Below are positions 11,866 through 26,533 of a stretch of DNA of 64,000 nucleotides, piece after piece; the stretch's first letter is position 1, and each line of letters starts with the position of its first letter. Under the pieces are notes generated by a model. The model was not told the origin of the DNA. It did no database searches and was given only the letters and a program-made list of their open reading frames with translations. This DNA is from Eledone cirrhosa (Eukaryota): assembly GCA_964016885.1 (NCBI GenBank), contig OZ024758.1, forward strand, positions 18,414,001 through 18,478,000, written 5' to 3'. The position numbers and the translations under genes were made by a program.

Positions 11866-12739
11866 ATACATAGAGAGAAAGAGATTGGGAAAGACAGAGA
11901 GAGGGAGAGAGAGAGAGGTGGACGAGCCATATCGAGAGAGAGATAGAGGCAGAGAGACAGATCGATAAATTGAGAGATGAAGGCGAACATATTGAGAGGG
12001 GTAAAGTGAAAGAAAGAAATATATAGCGTGTTCTAGACGTCTATTGAAAATCAACACCATTTTCGGAAGATGCAAGTTATCATTATTTTCGTTTTTCGAA
12101 ATCGTTTGTGACAATGTATCCAAAGGAACCGTGCAAAAGCATTGTGTCAGCAAAGATATATAAATAACCAGTTTACTTCTATATAACTCCTATACTTATG
12201 AATTTACGTATACTTTGGTCATATGCATAGTAATTAGGATTTCCCTTCTACATCCTTTGATCGTATCTAGCTAAAAGACGAGTAATATTATTTTGCCATT
12301 TACTTGCAGACTGATTGTACATTAACCTTAACTTACAAATTTATTACTCCATTTTGTTTTCGCTTTCTAAGCTGATTTAATCAGAACATCTTCACACGAA
12401 GACGACGTTCAAGAACTGTGATTGTATTGAATTGATGATTTTCTTTCTCTCTGGTAAAAATTGAACATCATTTCGTATACAACTCAGATGTTATTAAATG
12501 CAATAAGCTGTGAAACATTCGATACGAAATATCTTTCAAGGTAAAGGTTTGCTGCATGATCTAAAATAGAAACGGCATTCTAAGAATATATTAAATAAGA
12601 ATGCGTACGATTATGCGTACGATTATGTTGCCATTACATATAACAATGTGATTATGAGATTTCATAGTCGGTGACTTCTAGAAGGAAACAAATATTCAAT
12701 CATAACATAGGAAACGAGTGAACATCCGTCTAAACTTAT

Positions 12740-12796
<57 letters not shown>

Positions 12797-14439
12797 TATA
12801 CATATATATATATACAAATGATAATATATATATATACATATGTGTGCATGTGTATGTGTATGTGTGTGTGTGTCCTGCGTGCGTATGTTTCTTTCTGTGT
12901 ACACGGGCACTAACGCAGACAGGCACGTTCACACACACGTAAACTTAAACACATACATACACCTCCACACACACACACATTCTTATATATGTATATATAT
13001 ATATATACACACATACATATATAATCATCTGCAGCCACGTATTCATTCTTAGATGATAATATGATATAACATAATCTAGTAAGTTTACTATTTTATTCTG
13101 ATGATGTCGACATTTCAAATGGAATATCTTAAATGTAGTTGTTTGCGTCATGTAATATATTATCATAGACAAAACCAGCTAACGCCGAAGAACTAACAAG
13201 AAACAAAGGTACACATATTTCTAGGAATTATATTTTAGCACTTCAATCATAATTTTACAAACGTGATAATCCCAGAAGAACCATAAACTGTTCCAAGATG
13301 AAAGAAACTAGCAAGGGAATGGGGATTATATAAAGTAGTTATTACATCAATGAAATTCTCAGCTCCCAGAGGAACGCAGCATTATTAAATTAACAATTGT
13401 ATCGAAAAGCAAAAACAAAACTAAATCAATAAAGGCGAAAAAGACAAGAATGGCGTCTATGTAACATTAGATAGATTAGTAAATTATAGCAAATATACAG
13501 TTGCTGGAGTGTCTTGATACAATAAACAATATGTAACGGTATTCAGCATATTTTTATGTGTTGTGTACAATGTTTGTTTTTATACATTTCCATTCACCTG
13601 CAAACATGTGAAAATGTTTGTCTGTCATACGTAAAAAAAAAAAAAAGATGTTGTCTAAACATGCGCCTTGAAGCTAAAGTTTTCAGGTGCAAATCCTTCC
13701 TCTTACATTTACTTTCTGTGGCGGTCGTGCAAACATTATAGATAAAGTACGTATCTAGTTGATAAAAGCCTGTCTGGAATATACACATTTCAGCAATTCT
13801 GAATTCCAGGTTAAGTTAGAAACCTATGCGAAAGCAAATTCTCTCTCTTAGAATAAACAAGATATTCACAAAATAAGTTGAATATGCATCGTTTCTGAAA
13901 TGATGTCTCACACTCTAAAGTTAGTGTATAGAAAATCAGTTTGAATTAGAAGACCTTTGTTAGATGATTGCTATTAATGTTATCTGTCGTTATCCGTGCT
14001 TTATAATCCTCTGTTGTTATTTATACGACGAAAATGTTGCTAGTTCTTGTAATACATTTTACACCTTGAATAAATATAAGCATGCGAAAATATCACAAAA
14101 CATTGAGCAAAATAGATAAAATACTGCCGGAGGATTTAATAGAAATATATAAAGATAATAAAATAAAACGAAAGATAAATTCCAAAAGAAACGACGTCAA
14201 GATTTAAATTCAGTTTTAATTCTTTACATTTTCGGTATGAGGATATTTGACAGATTAGCGTTGCAGACTTTTTATAATGAGGAAGAAGAATTTGTAAAAG
14301 TGCCACATTTTAGTCTAGTAATGAATTCGTAATGTTTTAGTTGTTGTTTTAGGCTAAGATTTAGACTGCCTGATATAAATGTGGTAACTCAAGATCTAGA
14401 ATAACTTATTCATGATGTACAGAGTTTAAGTTCCACATA

Positions 14440-14757
14440 GGTCATACCTATGGAACGAGGAGCAGATACAAACTATTCAGTGTGGGAATGCCTCAACAGA
14501 TTAAAATCTGGTGTTGGTCGTACAAAAGTAAATCTGGCAAAGTGGGGATATATAAAAGGATAGGGACGTTGTGCGTGACTGCCGCATCGCACCACAGACT
14601 ACGCAACACCTCCTGATATACCCCCTGCTGGAACACCCCTGGACAGCGTTGGACTTGGCAGAGTTTGATGAGAAAGGAAGCAATGTGTTCTGCTGTAGCG
14701 GAACCACATCTATCCAAGCATTGTAGCTGACACTGTTGTGGCCACGATAAGAAGAAT
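14440..14757 (+). pseudogene. Ingi/Vingi-like LINE 3' end (C-terminal zinc knuckle)
   Basis: WECLNRLKSGVGRTKVNLAKWGY / DVVRDCRIAPQTTQHLLIYP (degenerate CxC..QT..HLL.CP); ends CACGATAAGAAGAA. Confidence 0.75.
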
Positions 14758-15614
14758 TTGTGAACAAATCATTTGGCGTCATCTACGCTGTATTAACTTA
14801 ATTACTATAAATAATATGAGAGTCTAGTAATGTTTACGTCTAACAGTGCATCTTAAATGAATTATATTTGTTACATGTGGAATGACTTGAATCTACGCTA
14901 TATATATGTATCAATGAAATATTAAAGAATGCAATGCATATTTGAGACCAATAACCACAATGTTAAAACGTTGTATATATGTTTACATCATGTATAACAT
15001 CTCTTATTTGCTTCCTTATTTTAAAACCAATCGACTATATCTTCGATTTTGCATATATTTAAGGTTGTATACATCGAAACTCTTATACATGGATGTCTTG
15101 AAAAGCAATATAATACTAATTCAGTTGGTACATAAGAGAATTACATATATGTTTAATATCAATATATTTAACAGATAGACGGCGTAAATAGTTGGTTGCT
15201 ATTTTCAATATGTTGCTGTGCGTGTTTAAATATTTTAATTCTCTCATTTGACAGTCATCTTAGCTTTAATGAATGATACGAAGAATATTTGCACAGAATC
15301 TTGTATTATGGCGTGATAAGCAATGTATATTCACGTCAAATCTATATTCTACGATTATTTCATATTTAACGGCTCTTCTCTATAAGCAGATTAACATTAG
15401 ATTAGCTGAATTAGCAGTACGTCTTCATATATTTATAACTTGTATCGTAATGTAACGTTGCAGCAGCACATACAATTTTAAATTTACTTCAGGAAATAGT
15501 GACCATAGGCAGTAATTATTCTACCTATTATGACACAAGCTGAACAGATTCTACTTTATAATTGCATATCCTCCATGAAGGCACAGTTATAAACTATCGC
15601 TATAATATTTATAA

Positions 15615-16350
15615 TGCAAGGTTTCACTTGATAAGGGAAATCAGTGTGTACATGGAAGTGCTGTCTTCCAACCAGTTTGTTGAAAGGCGGGTAGGAGTAG
15701 CGTGCATGGTCTATGTGAATGGGCTTGCCTTGAGCATACATCTGTAGACTGGAGTAGAACAACTTGGAGAGGACACTCTGCCCTAGCCTAAAGGGTGACC
15801 GTGTTTTTTATGGGATTTCTACACAAGTGACTCATAGAGTCTCCTGACCTTTGGGGCATTGGTTATATTTGTTTTAAATGTTTATTTTCTTAGTTTCTGG
15901 TATGACAGCATCGCTGGACAGATTTTACATGCAAAACCAACCAGCAGGAAACCAAGATGGTTGAATAACATCCATGAGATCAGCTGGTCTCGATTGGGGA
16001 TCCAGCTGGATCAAATGGAGTTGGTTGCTGCTGGAATGTATGCTTCATGGTCCATGTGAATAGGCTTGCCTTGAGCATATACCTGTAAACTGGATTAGAA
16101 CAGCTTGGAGAGGACACTTTGCCCTAGCCTAAAGGGTGACCGTGGTTTTTATGGGATTTCTACACACGTGACTCTTAGAGACTCCTCACCTTTGGGGCAT
16201 TTGATATATTTGTTTTAAATGTATATTTTCTTAGTTTCTGTTATAAATATTTTTTTACACACAGACATACTACACTGTATCGTCTCGGAACGTCTCTAAT
16301 GTTTCCTTAATGTGAGCCCTCTATGGCTAATAAAGAAATTATTATTATTA
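15615..16350 (+). mobile_element. Probable L1/Tx1-like LINE 3' end with a 195-bp duplication (15705-15899, 16046-16240) around an RTE-like fragment
   Basis: RFHLIREISVYMEVLSSNQFVERRVGVACMVYVNGLALSIHL* then UTR, AATAAA and (ATT)n tail. The spacer reads IAGQILHAKPTSRKPRWLNNIHEISWSRLGI (RTE C-terminus-like). Confidence 0.55.
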
Positions 16351-16378
16351 ATATTGAACAATTCAAGTGGAATATAAC

Positions 16379-16728
16379 TATCGGTAGAGGGTCGGACGCC
16401 ATGCTTTGCAGTTACGGACATTTATGATCTCAGTTCAAATTCTGCCGAGGTTAACTTTGCCTTCCATCCTAAACGGGTTCGATAAAATAAAGTAATCGAT
16501 TTTCCCCTCCCCCAAAATTATTACTGATCCAGACCGGTGCATTGGAAGTATCGGTAGAGGGTCGGACGCCATGATTTAACGCATAGAGTTACGGCCCTTG
16601 CCATTCTGAGTTCAAATCTCACCGAGGTTACCTTTGCCTTTCATCTTTATGGAGTCGATACATTAAAGTACCAGTAATGCACTGGGTATTTGCTGGTCTT
16701 GTGGCAAAATTAAAAAAACAATTATTAT
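16379..16728 (+). mobile_element. Two tandem SINE copies
   Basis: Both begin TATCGGTAGAGGGTCGGACGCCATG. Confidence 0.85.
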
Positions 16729-17124
16729 TGAATAATCCAAATTCTAGAGAACTGACACCATTTGGTATTCGCTAGTAAGTCATAAGCAAACCGAATATGA
16801 GACTTAATTTCGAAATTCCATTCAACGCTTTTAATACTCTAATACTTTTAATACTTTAAGATGTAACATGTTCCGTCAATTCAATTTAATTAGATTATGC
16901 AGAAATTTAATCAAAACAATCTTCCGTAATTACAATGCATTTACGGAGATAAAATGTTTGATATATCAATTCTAATCCAGAGTGTTTATATAAAGGAGCG
17001 ATTCGTGAATACTTTTCAGACAAAAGTATTGCAGTCTTTTCACGTGTATATATCATATCTGTACATCGCAATACGACACTTATGACACAACTGTATAAAC
17101 ATGATACTATTTATTGTAACAAAG

Positions 17125-17528
17125 GGCTGTGGATTAGCAGCATGGGTCGAGAGTCGTAAGCCATGCTTTCCAGCAAAGAATTACGTCCCTTTACGAGCTG
17201 AGCTTAAATCCCGCCGAGGTTATCTTTGCCTTTAATCCTTATGGGGTCGATAAAATAAAGTACCAGTAATACACTGGGAAAATCTCTGGCATTGTCCCAA
17301 AAGTAGAAACAATTATTAACAGTAACAATAATAATAATTGTTTTTTTTCTTTTGGCACAAGGCCAGCTATTACCCATGTGTATTACTGGTACTTTATTTT
17401 ATTTGACTCCGTAAGAATGAAAGGCAAAGTTAACTTCGGCGGGATTTAAAACTCAGAATGGCAAGGGCCGTATCTCTATGCGTCAAAGCATGGCGTCCGA
17501 CCCTCTACCGATACTGCTAATCCACCAA
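17125..17528. mobile_element. Tail-to-tail inverted SINE pair (17125-17318 +, 17332-17528 -)
   Basis: Two full copies in opposite orientation separated by a short AAT-rich spacer. Confidence 0.88.
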
Positions 17529-17951
17529 TAATGACAACTATAATGACGGCAATAATAAAAAAAAGGGAAACAAAAGGAAAGAAAGAAAATGGAAATATAG
17601 AGATAAAAGAAAGAAAGAAAGAAAAAATAAAAAAGAACGAGGAGGGGATAGCAAGAGCTCTGGTCTCGCAGAGAGGGATGGGAGAAGGAGGAGGGTTATT
17701 GGCATTTGGGCCTAGGGCAAGGTGTCAGAAGTGCTGCGCCCCGCTGATAAGACGGCAAAAGTATTCCCCTGAAGATGGCGAGTGAGACCCGCTGCAACAA
17801 TCACCCAACATCGAGGGCTCCATCCTCAGACGGGAGGCGACGCTCTGATCTTGCGGAGGAGCCAGGCAGTATGGGGTCCAAGTACGCCTGAAAGTAACTG
17901 TGAGCTCGATAAATAAACTACAATTCTAGTCCCGGAATTAAATCTTCTTCA

Positions 17952-18040
<89 letters not shown>

Positions 18041-18898
18041 CTATCTCTCTCGCTCACACACACGCACAAACCCTTTCACACACACCATTTACTCTCACTA
18101 TTTCACACAAGCTAAAATTGTGTTTGAAGCCCGTCGCTATGACACCATTAGACTTTAAATGACCATACCTCTCCTTCATTTAATTATTTAGAAACATTAC
18201 AAAATTCCATTTTTAAAGAATTTCTAACTCTAAATGGATAGGAATATATGCAGATATCTGAAGCTGCACATTATTCAATTGAACTGACATTCTTATTATT
18301 GGCATTATGACAGTCTTATGTCCTTCCCAACATTACCAGGTGAAATATGATCTGTTCAATAATAAAATATATTCATGGAGAACATATTGTGTCAAAGACA
18401 AATCGTCTAGTCAAACAATTTAGTGCAGATGTACCAACGAGAGAGGTCAAATTTTAACACCAATATTTAGTGCATATGGCTGTTTAGGAGATTTAATATA
18501 GCTGTGTTTTATTTATTCAAAAGGAACCGATGATCTATGCTTAGTTTTGGAAATGTTGTTGTTCAATTTTATCTATCTATTCCAGTGACAGATACATGGA
18601 GGTAAATAATCATTGAAAATCACTTTTCTTTTCGCATTTTTTCTTGTTCAATTTTTTATAGTGTTTGTAATATTTTTTATTATAGTTATGAAATATAAAT
18701 AAGACAGTGTATAAATGTTATCTCGTAGCTCCAATGAATGTCACCATCACACTTCATTTCCGATGAATTGCAATATTTGGATTTATTTTGTTGGCAATAT
18801 TTTCTTGCCAAAAATACCAACAAGCATATTTTCATCAATTGCATTATACATTAAAACTGAGTTCGCCCTAAAATGATAAACTTTAATCTGTTATTTTA

Positions 18899-18930
<32 letters not shown>

Positions 18931-18934
18931 ATCA

Positions 18935-19105
18935 ATGAAATTAATAAATGGAAACTATATTTATGAAAGCATATTTATTCTATTATATATATTTCAAAGG
19001 TACCAAAACTATGGTACGTCCTCATCAGATAAAATACAAAGTTTGTTTTATAAATATTGACATTTCCAGGAATGAGACGTTAACGGTTCAAGTTTTACCT
19101 GGGTA
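18935..19105 (-). mobile_element. Family B unit
   Basis: TAATAAATGGAAACTATATTTAT...TAACGGTTCAAG, between (TA)n tracts. Confidence 0.8.
18976..19036 (-). ncRNA. Hammerhead motif, family B
   Basis: TATTTTAT-CTGATGA-GGA c GTACCA tagttt TGGTAC c TTT-GAA-ATATATAT-A-ATAGAATA. Confidence 0.82.
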
Positions 19106-19114
19106 GTCATATAT

Positions 19115-19423
<309 letters not shown>

Positions 19424-19451
19424 TATATATATATTAATATATATATATATA

Positions 19452-20100
19452 CATTTCCTCCAAGCGTGAACCTAACATAACTGTAATTATCTTCTCTATG
19501 TGCTGTAATATGAAGAGCCCGGTAACTAATCCTTGAGCTCATTAAATTACAGGGGATTTAACTCCGGTTTTTAATTTGATATTTTGGCTCCTAACTCATA
19601 TTTAAGTTGACTTACTTAATTTGAATTGTTATGGGCTGCAATTTTTCGTGGTCTTTTGCTCTATTGAAGCCACTATGTACTGTCTAGCTTGCATGTGTTC
19701 CTCTCTTTTCACCATGTGCAATATTTCAGTTGTCTGAATTATTTTTAGAAGTGTGGGTCCATGCTGTATTTACACCTACTGACGAGCCCTAAGTGGTACG
19801 GAATCGAGACGTTTTATGGCGAAACATACTCTTATTAGGGTTTTCCCAGATGTGATATAGTTATAAAAGGCTGTTCTGTTCATTTTGATTTACTCTTTTA
19901 ATTAATACGTTTTTTTCCACTCCTTTCGTCGATTTTACATTTTTCACTATATTGGTTCTCTACCCCTTGTAATTGAAAACATACCTTTTTGTGTTTTCCT
20001 CTCTATGTGCTGTATTATGAAGAGCCTGGTACCTATACCTTGAGCACAATAATTTACAGGGGTTTAACGTTAGTCTTTAACTCTGTTTTTTTTCATTTGA
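19452..20100 (+). mobile_element. Family K unit with about 70-bp terminal direct repeats (19493-19562, 20000-20068; period 507 bp)
   Basis: TCTCTATGTGCTGTA-TATGAAGAGCC-GGTA-CTA--CCTTGAGC..TTACAGGGG occurs twice; flanked by (TA)n. Confidence 0.7.
19775..19840 (+). ncRNA. Hammerhead-like motif, family K (cleavage site degenerate)
   Basis: CCTA-CTGACGA-GCC c TAAG..TTTA t GGC-GAAAC atactcttat-TAGG. Confidence 0.6.
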
Positions 20101-20110
20101 TATATATATA

Positions 20111-20352
20111 AGCAAAAGGGATATTCAATTTGTTGGTAATTTAACAAATATGAATGTTTATAACTTATTCAGAGCACTCAACAAGTTTTCTGGAGTATAA
20201 TATTCAATGATATTAAATAAATAAATAAATGGAAACTATTTTTATAAGGCACCAAAACTATGGTACGCCCTCATCAGATAAAATACGAAGTTTGTTTTAT
20301 AAATATTGACATAACCAAGGAAGGATACCTTAACAGTTCAAGTTTTTCCTGA
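20111..20352 (-). mobile_element. Family B unit with the long 3' extension; HHR partly deleted (GAAA/stem III lost)
   Basis: GGTACGCCC-TCATCAG-ATAAAATA retained; the 3' extension matches 63330-63416, 48593-48665 and 11187-11230. Confidence 0.75.
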
Positions 20353-20359
20353 CTTTTTT

Positions 20360-20410
20360 AGTTTCAGAAGATCCCGTTAAGGGTGAAAGTAGCGATTCTT
20401 TGCTTAAACT
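20360..20410 (+). ncRNA. Hammerhead-like motif, family A (second copy)
   Basis: Identical to 475-525 except a C>T change giving a U.G wobble in stem III. Confidence 0.65.
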
Positions 20411-20891
20411 TTAATCTGTTATTTTAATAAATATATATAATATAACTGACAATGTAAGAGATATGATCACAGATATAAGTATACATGGGTTCCAATTTCA
20501 AAGGATCAAGTTAACTAGTTTGAAGAAAATGCTAACTTAATACAACATGGTTTGCTTGACTCGATTTAAAGTAATAAATCAATAAAAGTAACAAAACTAT
20601 ATCGGGCAAAATCCTTTGATACCCAGACAGGCTTAAATCTGTTTCACAAGAATTATTAAGTGAAAGTCACTATTTCTGTGCTCTTCAGTAGATATCCAAC
20701 AATTAGCAGACCTTTCACTTCTAAGGATCTAAGAAGACTGAAAAATATGCTGATATAAAAGCACATGTTACAGCGCCTAGCGCGTCTCACATACTCATGC
20801 CGCTAGAAGTAGCAGCTGGGTTTATGAGACTAAAGTTAGGTCTACATATTGGAGCCGAGAATATAATTTATTGAGTTTCTAACTCAATGTA

Positions 20892-20938
<47 letters not shown>

Positions 20939-21477
20939 AGAATATACATCATGAATACAGCGGAAACCAGCATTCAATTATATCTGATTACATTCTTCTA
21001 GATTTTAAACCTTACGTCGCAACACTTTCTTGCTTTGGTACATATAAAAGTATCTCAATGAAGATTCGTTTCAGCAACGTCAACGAGTGAATTCATTGAT
21101 TCTATGGAATTATTTAATTCATATATTCCGCGAATCTCCCTGATATTCAAAGCAGTTATAAGGATAAATATATAATTGTTTCTACTTTAGGCACAAGGCC
21201 AGCAATTACCCAGTGCATTACTGGTACTTTATTTTATCGACCCTATATATAATGCTGACTAAACAGAATCCATTATCTTTCATTTGCTCTATAATGCAAG
21301 ACACACTAAATTTTCACTTCATTTCAGTCATTCTGTATAGGCTTTCATATTGACATATATCATGGTTAGTAGCAATTTCTGTGAATAATATATTCATTAT
21401 ATAATTCATAATGAAACATATATGAATTTAAGCATGCCGGAGGAAAAATGTGTATACAAACCGAAGTTAATAGTCAT

Positions 21478-21539
<62 letters not shown>

Positions 21540-21629
21540 CACTCTCAAGTGAACACCTAATACTAACACTATTTGTACTGCACTCTCCCTTATTGTTTTT
21601 GTCTTTTGTTTTAACTATATATATATATA

Positions 21630-21837
21630 ATATTTAATATAGAAAAAGGCTGCTAGAGGACTGGGACTGTTTCATTCGGGAGACATTTTCAGGGCTTCCT
21701 GATGATTTCTCCCGAATTAAACAGTTCTAATCCCGTAGAAGCATTTTCTACATTAAATATTAAATATTTATACTCTGCTTTGTATTGAGTACCTTACTTA
21801 CTGTGGTTACCCCCGATTGTACCCCGGATAAACTCAT
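21630..21837. mobile_element. Family D fold-back pair with HHR at 21694-21742 (+, G12 mutated)
   Basis: GCTTC-CTGATGA-T.TTC tccc GAA.T-TAAAC...GTA-GAAGC; the minus arm retains GAAAC. Confidence 0.75.
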
Positions 21838-21864
21838 GTATATATATATATATATATATATATA

Positions 21865-21990
21865 TCATCATCATCAACATCACGATCCGACGGCCTCAGT
21901 CAAAATGGACTCAACAATAGTTCTCCACGTGGGTCTGCCGTACATTGCCGTTGTCAAATCCTGGATTCCAACACCAATGTCACTTTATTG
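21865..21990 (-). pseudogene. RTE LINE extreme 3' end with (TGA)n tail
   Basis: SDIGVGIQDLTTAMYGRPTWRTIVESILTEAVGS*, similar to the C-terminus of the 5613-6613 element. Confidence 0.6.
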
Positions 21991-22024
21991 CGGACAGAAG
22001 ATCATACAAGCAAACATATATACA

Positions 22025-22124
22025 CAGGATGTCCCTAAATATGTATACACACTTTGATTAGCTTTAGAAGCTATATTTACTAGAATTATTTTGAAAAGTG
22101 TATATATCTCTGGGGTACACCCTG
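22025..22124. mobile_element. 100-bp Tc1/mariner-type MITE
   Basis: TIRs CAGGATGTCCCTAAATATGTATACACACTTT / AAAGTGTATATATCTCTGGGGTACACCCTG; second copy at 34085-34184. Confidence 0.7.
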
Positions 22125-22147
22125 TTTATGTATACGTATATAATATA

Positions 22148-22321
22148 ATAATTGTTTCTACTTTTGGCATAAGGCGTGTATTACTGGTACTTTATTTTAT
22201 CGACCCTGAAAGGATGAAAGGCAAAGTTAACCTTGACGGGATTTGAACTGAGAATGGCAAGGGCCGTAACTCTATGCGTCAAAGCATGGTGTTCGACCCT
22301 CTACCGATACTGCCAATCCAC

Positions 22322-22326
<5 letters not shown>
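22148..22326 (-). mobile_element. tRNA-derived SINE
   Basis: Family consensus match. Confidence 0.88.
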
Positions 22327-22420
<94 letters not shown>

Positions 22421-22429
22421 TAGATAGAT

Positions 22430-22716
22430 ACATTTCTGTATTAGCCATAAGGGCACAAAAGAAGGGGACAAATACAAATGGGGAGTTTAAATACAGGTAT
22501 ATGAAAATAAAATAACAAATAACAATTGAAATCGTCAATAGGGGGAGGCGTTACACAGGGTTTGTACACACCCCGAAAAAATGTACAACCCTTATCTCCA
22601 GGAGTACCAAGAGTGAGTATTCCCTTCCTCTCTTCCTCTTTTTTCTCAACCTACAAGCTTATATAGAGAAGAGGCCCAACCACTCGGGCCATCTTTGCCA
22701 CATTCACCCACCTAGG
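22430..22716 (-). mobile_element. LINE 3' end related to the 15615-16350 element
   Basis: Minus strand reads RWVNVAKMARV and ends GTGCCCTTATGGCTAATACAGAAAT. Confidence 0.5.
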
Positions 22717-22840
22717 TAGATAGATAGATAGATAGATATATGCGTGAGTGTGTGTGAAATGTTGTGGGATGTGTGTGCGTGTGTAGGTAACGGTGTATGT
22801 TTGTATACCAATATGTTCATGAGTATGTATGAATATACGA

Positions 22841-22992
22841 TAATAATTGTTTCTACTTTGGGCACAGGGCCAGCAATTACCTCAGTGCATTACTGGTGTA
22901 TTTCTTTATCGACCCCGTATGGATGGAAGACAAAGTCAACCTCGGCTATCCTGAAAAGCATGGCGTCCGTCCCTCTACCGATACTGCCAATC
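22841..22992 (-). mobile_element. tRNA-derived SINE, internally deleted
   Basis: Family consensus match. Confidence 0.8.
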
Positions 22993-23171
22993 GACTATGA
23001 CGACAGCTTGTGAAATACGAGAACGGAGCTCTAATACAACACGGTACATTGCGTTTTCTCTATGGAAACCCATTAAATACCATATTTATAGATACATTCC
23101 TGGTATCAGTTACTTCCTCTACTATAGCAGAAATAGATAATATAGTGTATATAAATATATATATATGTATA

Positions 23172-23264
<93 letters not shown>

Positions 23265-24177
23265 CTGCCAATATGTGTATGTACAGGTACTATTTATTCG
23301 CGTTTATCAGCACTGAAATGCAATATCACACGCAATGGTCAATGTTCTGAAGTTAGGTTATTGCTTAATATTGATATCAACATATCAGACACTGGTCAAA
23401 AATAATACAGCATTAATATAACTTGAAAGAGGTTAAGTTAACATAAATAATTGGAAAACTCAATGATGTCACTTTAGAACTATGTTGCCAACCAATTTGA
23501 AATAAAGTATATATACAGAAAATCTACAATGTAACAGTCATTACTTTGACAATCCATTGATGATAACACCAAGTGCTAGTTTATAAGACAACTCTAAATT
23601 GTCATGTCTCTAAAAGAAAATATTCCACCTTTCCTGAATTAAATTACAATCTGCCGTTAATTCTTTAGTAAATTTCCGACCAAATTTATTTTCCATTAAG
23701 ATTAGATGGAGCAAAGTATAACTTGAATAGCAAGGTACACACGCCGAAATAAGAACATTTATCTTTCGCTAAAGTGGATTATCATAATAGGAATTCTTAA
23801 CATGGTATTCTCTTACTTACAGGATAATAGTCGTTAATAGCTTTTGAAAATAGGCAATATTGGTCTATTCAATAATACGGTAATTTTGTTAGCTGCAATA
23901 ATAATCTACATTCGCCATCAGTGAACGCCTCAACGAGCTGTTGTAATCAGCATAAGTACATTATTACGAGTGTTCTCTAGGTGAATGATTATGATAACAC
24001 TTGATTGAATTTGCTTCTGTGTAGATGGCATTCAAATGCAAAACAAAAGAAATATTTATATATAAATACGTAGGCACCTCAGTAAAAAAATTACTATTAT
24101 ATATATAATTGTATTTTTTATTGAGCTGCCCATGACTATCTAACTCTCACTCTCTCTCATATATCTGTATATATATA

Positions 24178-24621
<444 letters not shown>

Positions 24622-24660
24622 CTATATATATACACATACACACACACACACAAACACACC

Positions 24661-24713
<53 letters not shown>

Positions 24714-24941
24714 GAAAGGTATAGAAAATATTGTAACAAAAAGCCAACAGTATTCCATAATATATAAATGACTATAACGTCAAAATGGGAAAAATAATTA
24801 ACGTAAGATGTGGGAAAAAATAATTCAAACTCAACTCAAAAAGAATCAGGATATAGATTCATCCTACAGAATTTAGTGAAATCTAGGGACGAATCAATAG
24901 AGCCTTAACTCATGAGTGAAAACTGGAACGATACACACACA

Positions 24942-25047
<106 letters not shown>

Positions 25048-25340
25048 CACGTTAATGTTATGTTAATTTCTGACCCTGTCTATACTGACACACTACGTGC
25101 TTAGTATATATGAGTACGTAAGATACTTTCTTTTAATTTGTCACCATATTAAAATTGTGACCTCGATAAATATAAGGCTTTGTTTGATCAGATGCTAAAC
25201 ACCTGATCCTGGAATGAATTTTCATCGTAAAGACTTGGGCAGCGATGATACTGAGTATATGTGTGTTTCTGTTGAGTGCGTGTTTATATATGTAGATATA
25301 GTATGTATATTTTATATATTGAAATATATATATATATATA

Positions 25341-25459
25341 TAGGAAAAATTATAGCCCCTGATGTTAAACTTTTTCCTATTACCCACTCTACTAACCTAA
25401 GTATTGAGATACGCTGGTGCGTTATGGCCCATCTGGTTCGTTTCCACACTCCTTCGTTA
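25341..25459 (+). mobile_element. Family C 3' fragment with a short inverted head
   Basis: TTCCTATTACCCACTCTACT...CCTTCGTTA(TA)n. Confidence 0.72.
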
Positions 25460-26499
25460 TATATATATATATATATAATGTGTATATATATATATATATA
25501 TCAACAATTCTTACAGCATAGCAATTAAGGAAAGTTGTTGCACTCATTATTGTCAGCTGATTTATAAATTGCGTGCCATAATGAGTGGAATAGAGTATTT
25601 CTTACCAATATTGGAAATAATTGTTAGCACGAGAAACAATACTGTATCATTTCACGAAAAGGTGTGTTTGAAAAGAAAAGAAAAAATGCAGCAATCCACG
25701 ATTTATTATAATTACTACAAGATTTAAAATGTGCAAATTACCACGGTGTTTCCTAGTACGGAAATGTCAGATAGTGTACGAGAATATTAAAATGAACTCA
25801 AGGAATTCTTTTACAAAATTGCAGTAATTCAATAGCTATAATTCTTCACAAAATATATATATCTTCTTTGTTTGGAAAAAAATAAGAGGAAAAATAATTG
25901 TTCAATAATATGTCTTATAATGTTGTTAAGTCTTTACGTACATATACAAATAATGGATATGATTTAGAAAATATTTTATTCCCAATTATTGTTTCTTAAC
26001 ATTTCGATAAATAATAAATTCATATATAAATATATAAGAGCTGTATTCATATACACAGATGCATACATACAAACAAATATATATACATGCTTACATAAAT
26101 ATATACATACATGCATTCAGACTACATGCATGCATTCATATTTACATGCATGTATTCGTACATACATACGTACACCCAAATATATTAATATAAATGTAAA
26201 TATATATACATATACATACACACACATACATAAAATATATCTATATATCTATATTATATATATATATATCTATAGATTATGGATATATACATATAATATT
26301 TTATATATATATATATATATACATATATATGTATATTATATATATATATAATATGGATATATACATAAAACAAAAAAATATATATATATATACATCTATA
26401 CACATCCACATACATCTATATATATATCTATATACATCTATATATAACTACATACGTCTATGTATATCTATATACATCTCTCTCTCTCTCTCTCTCTCG

Positions 26500-26533
<34 letters not shown>

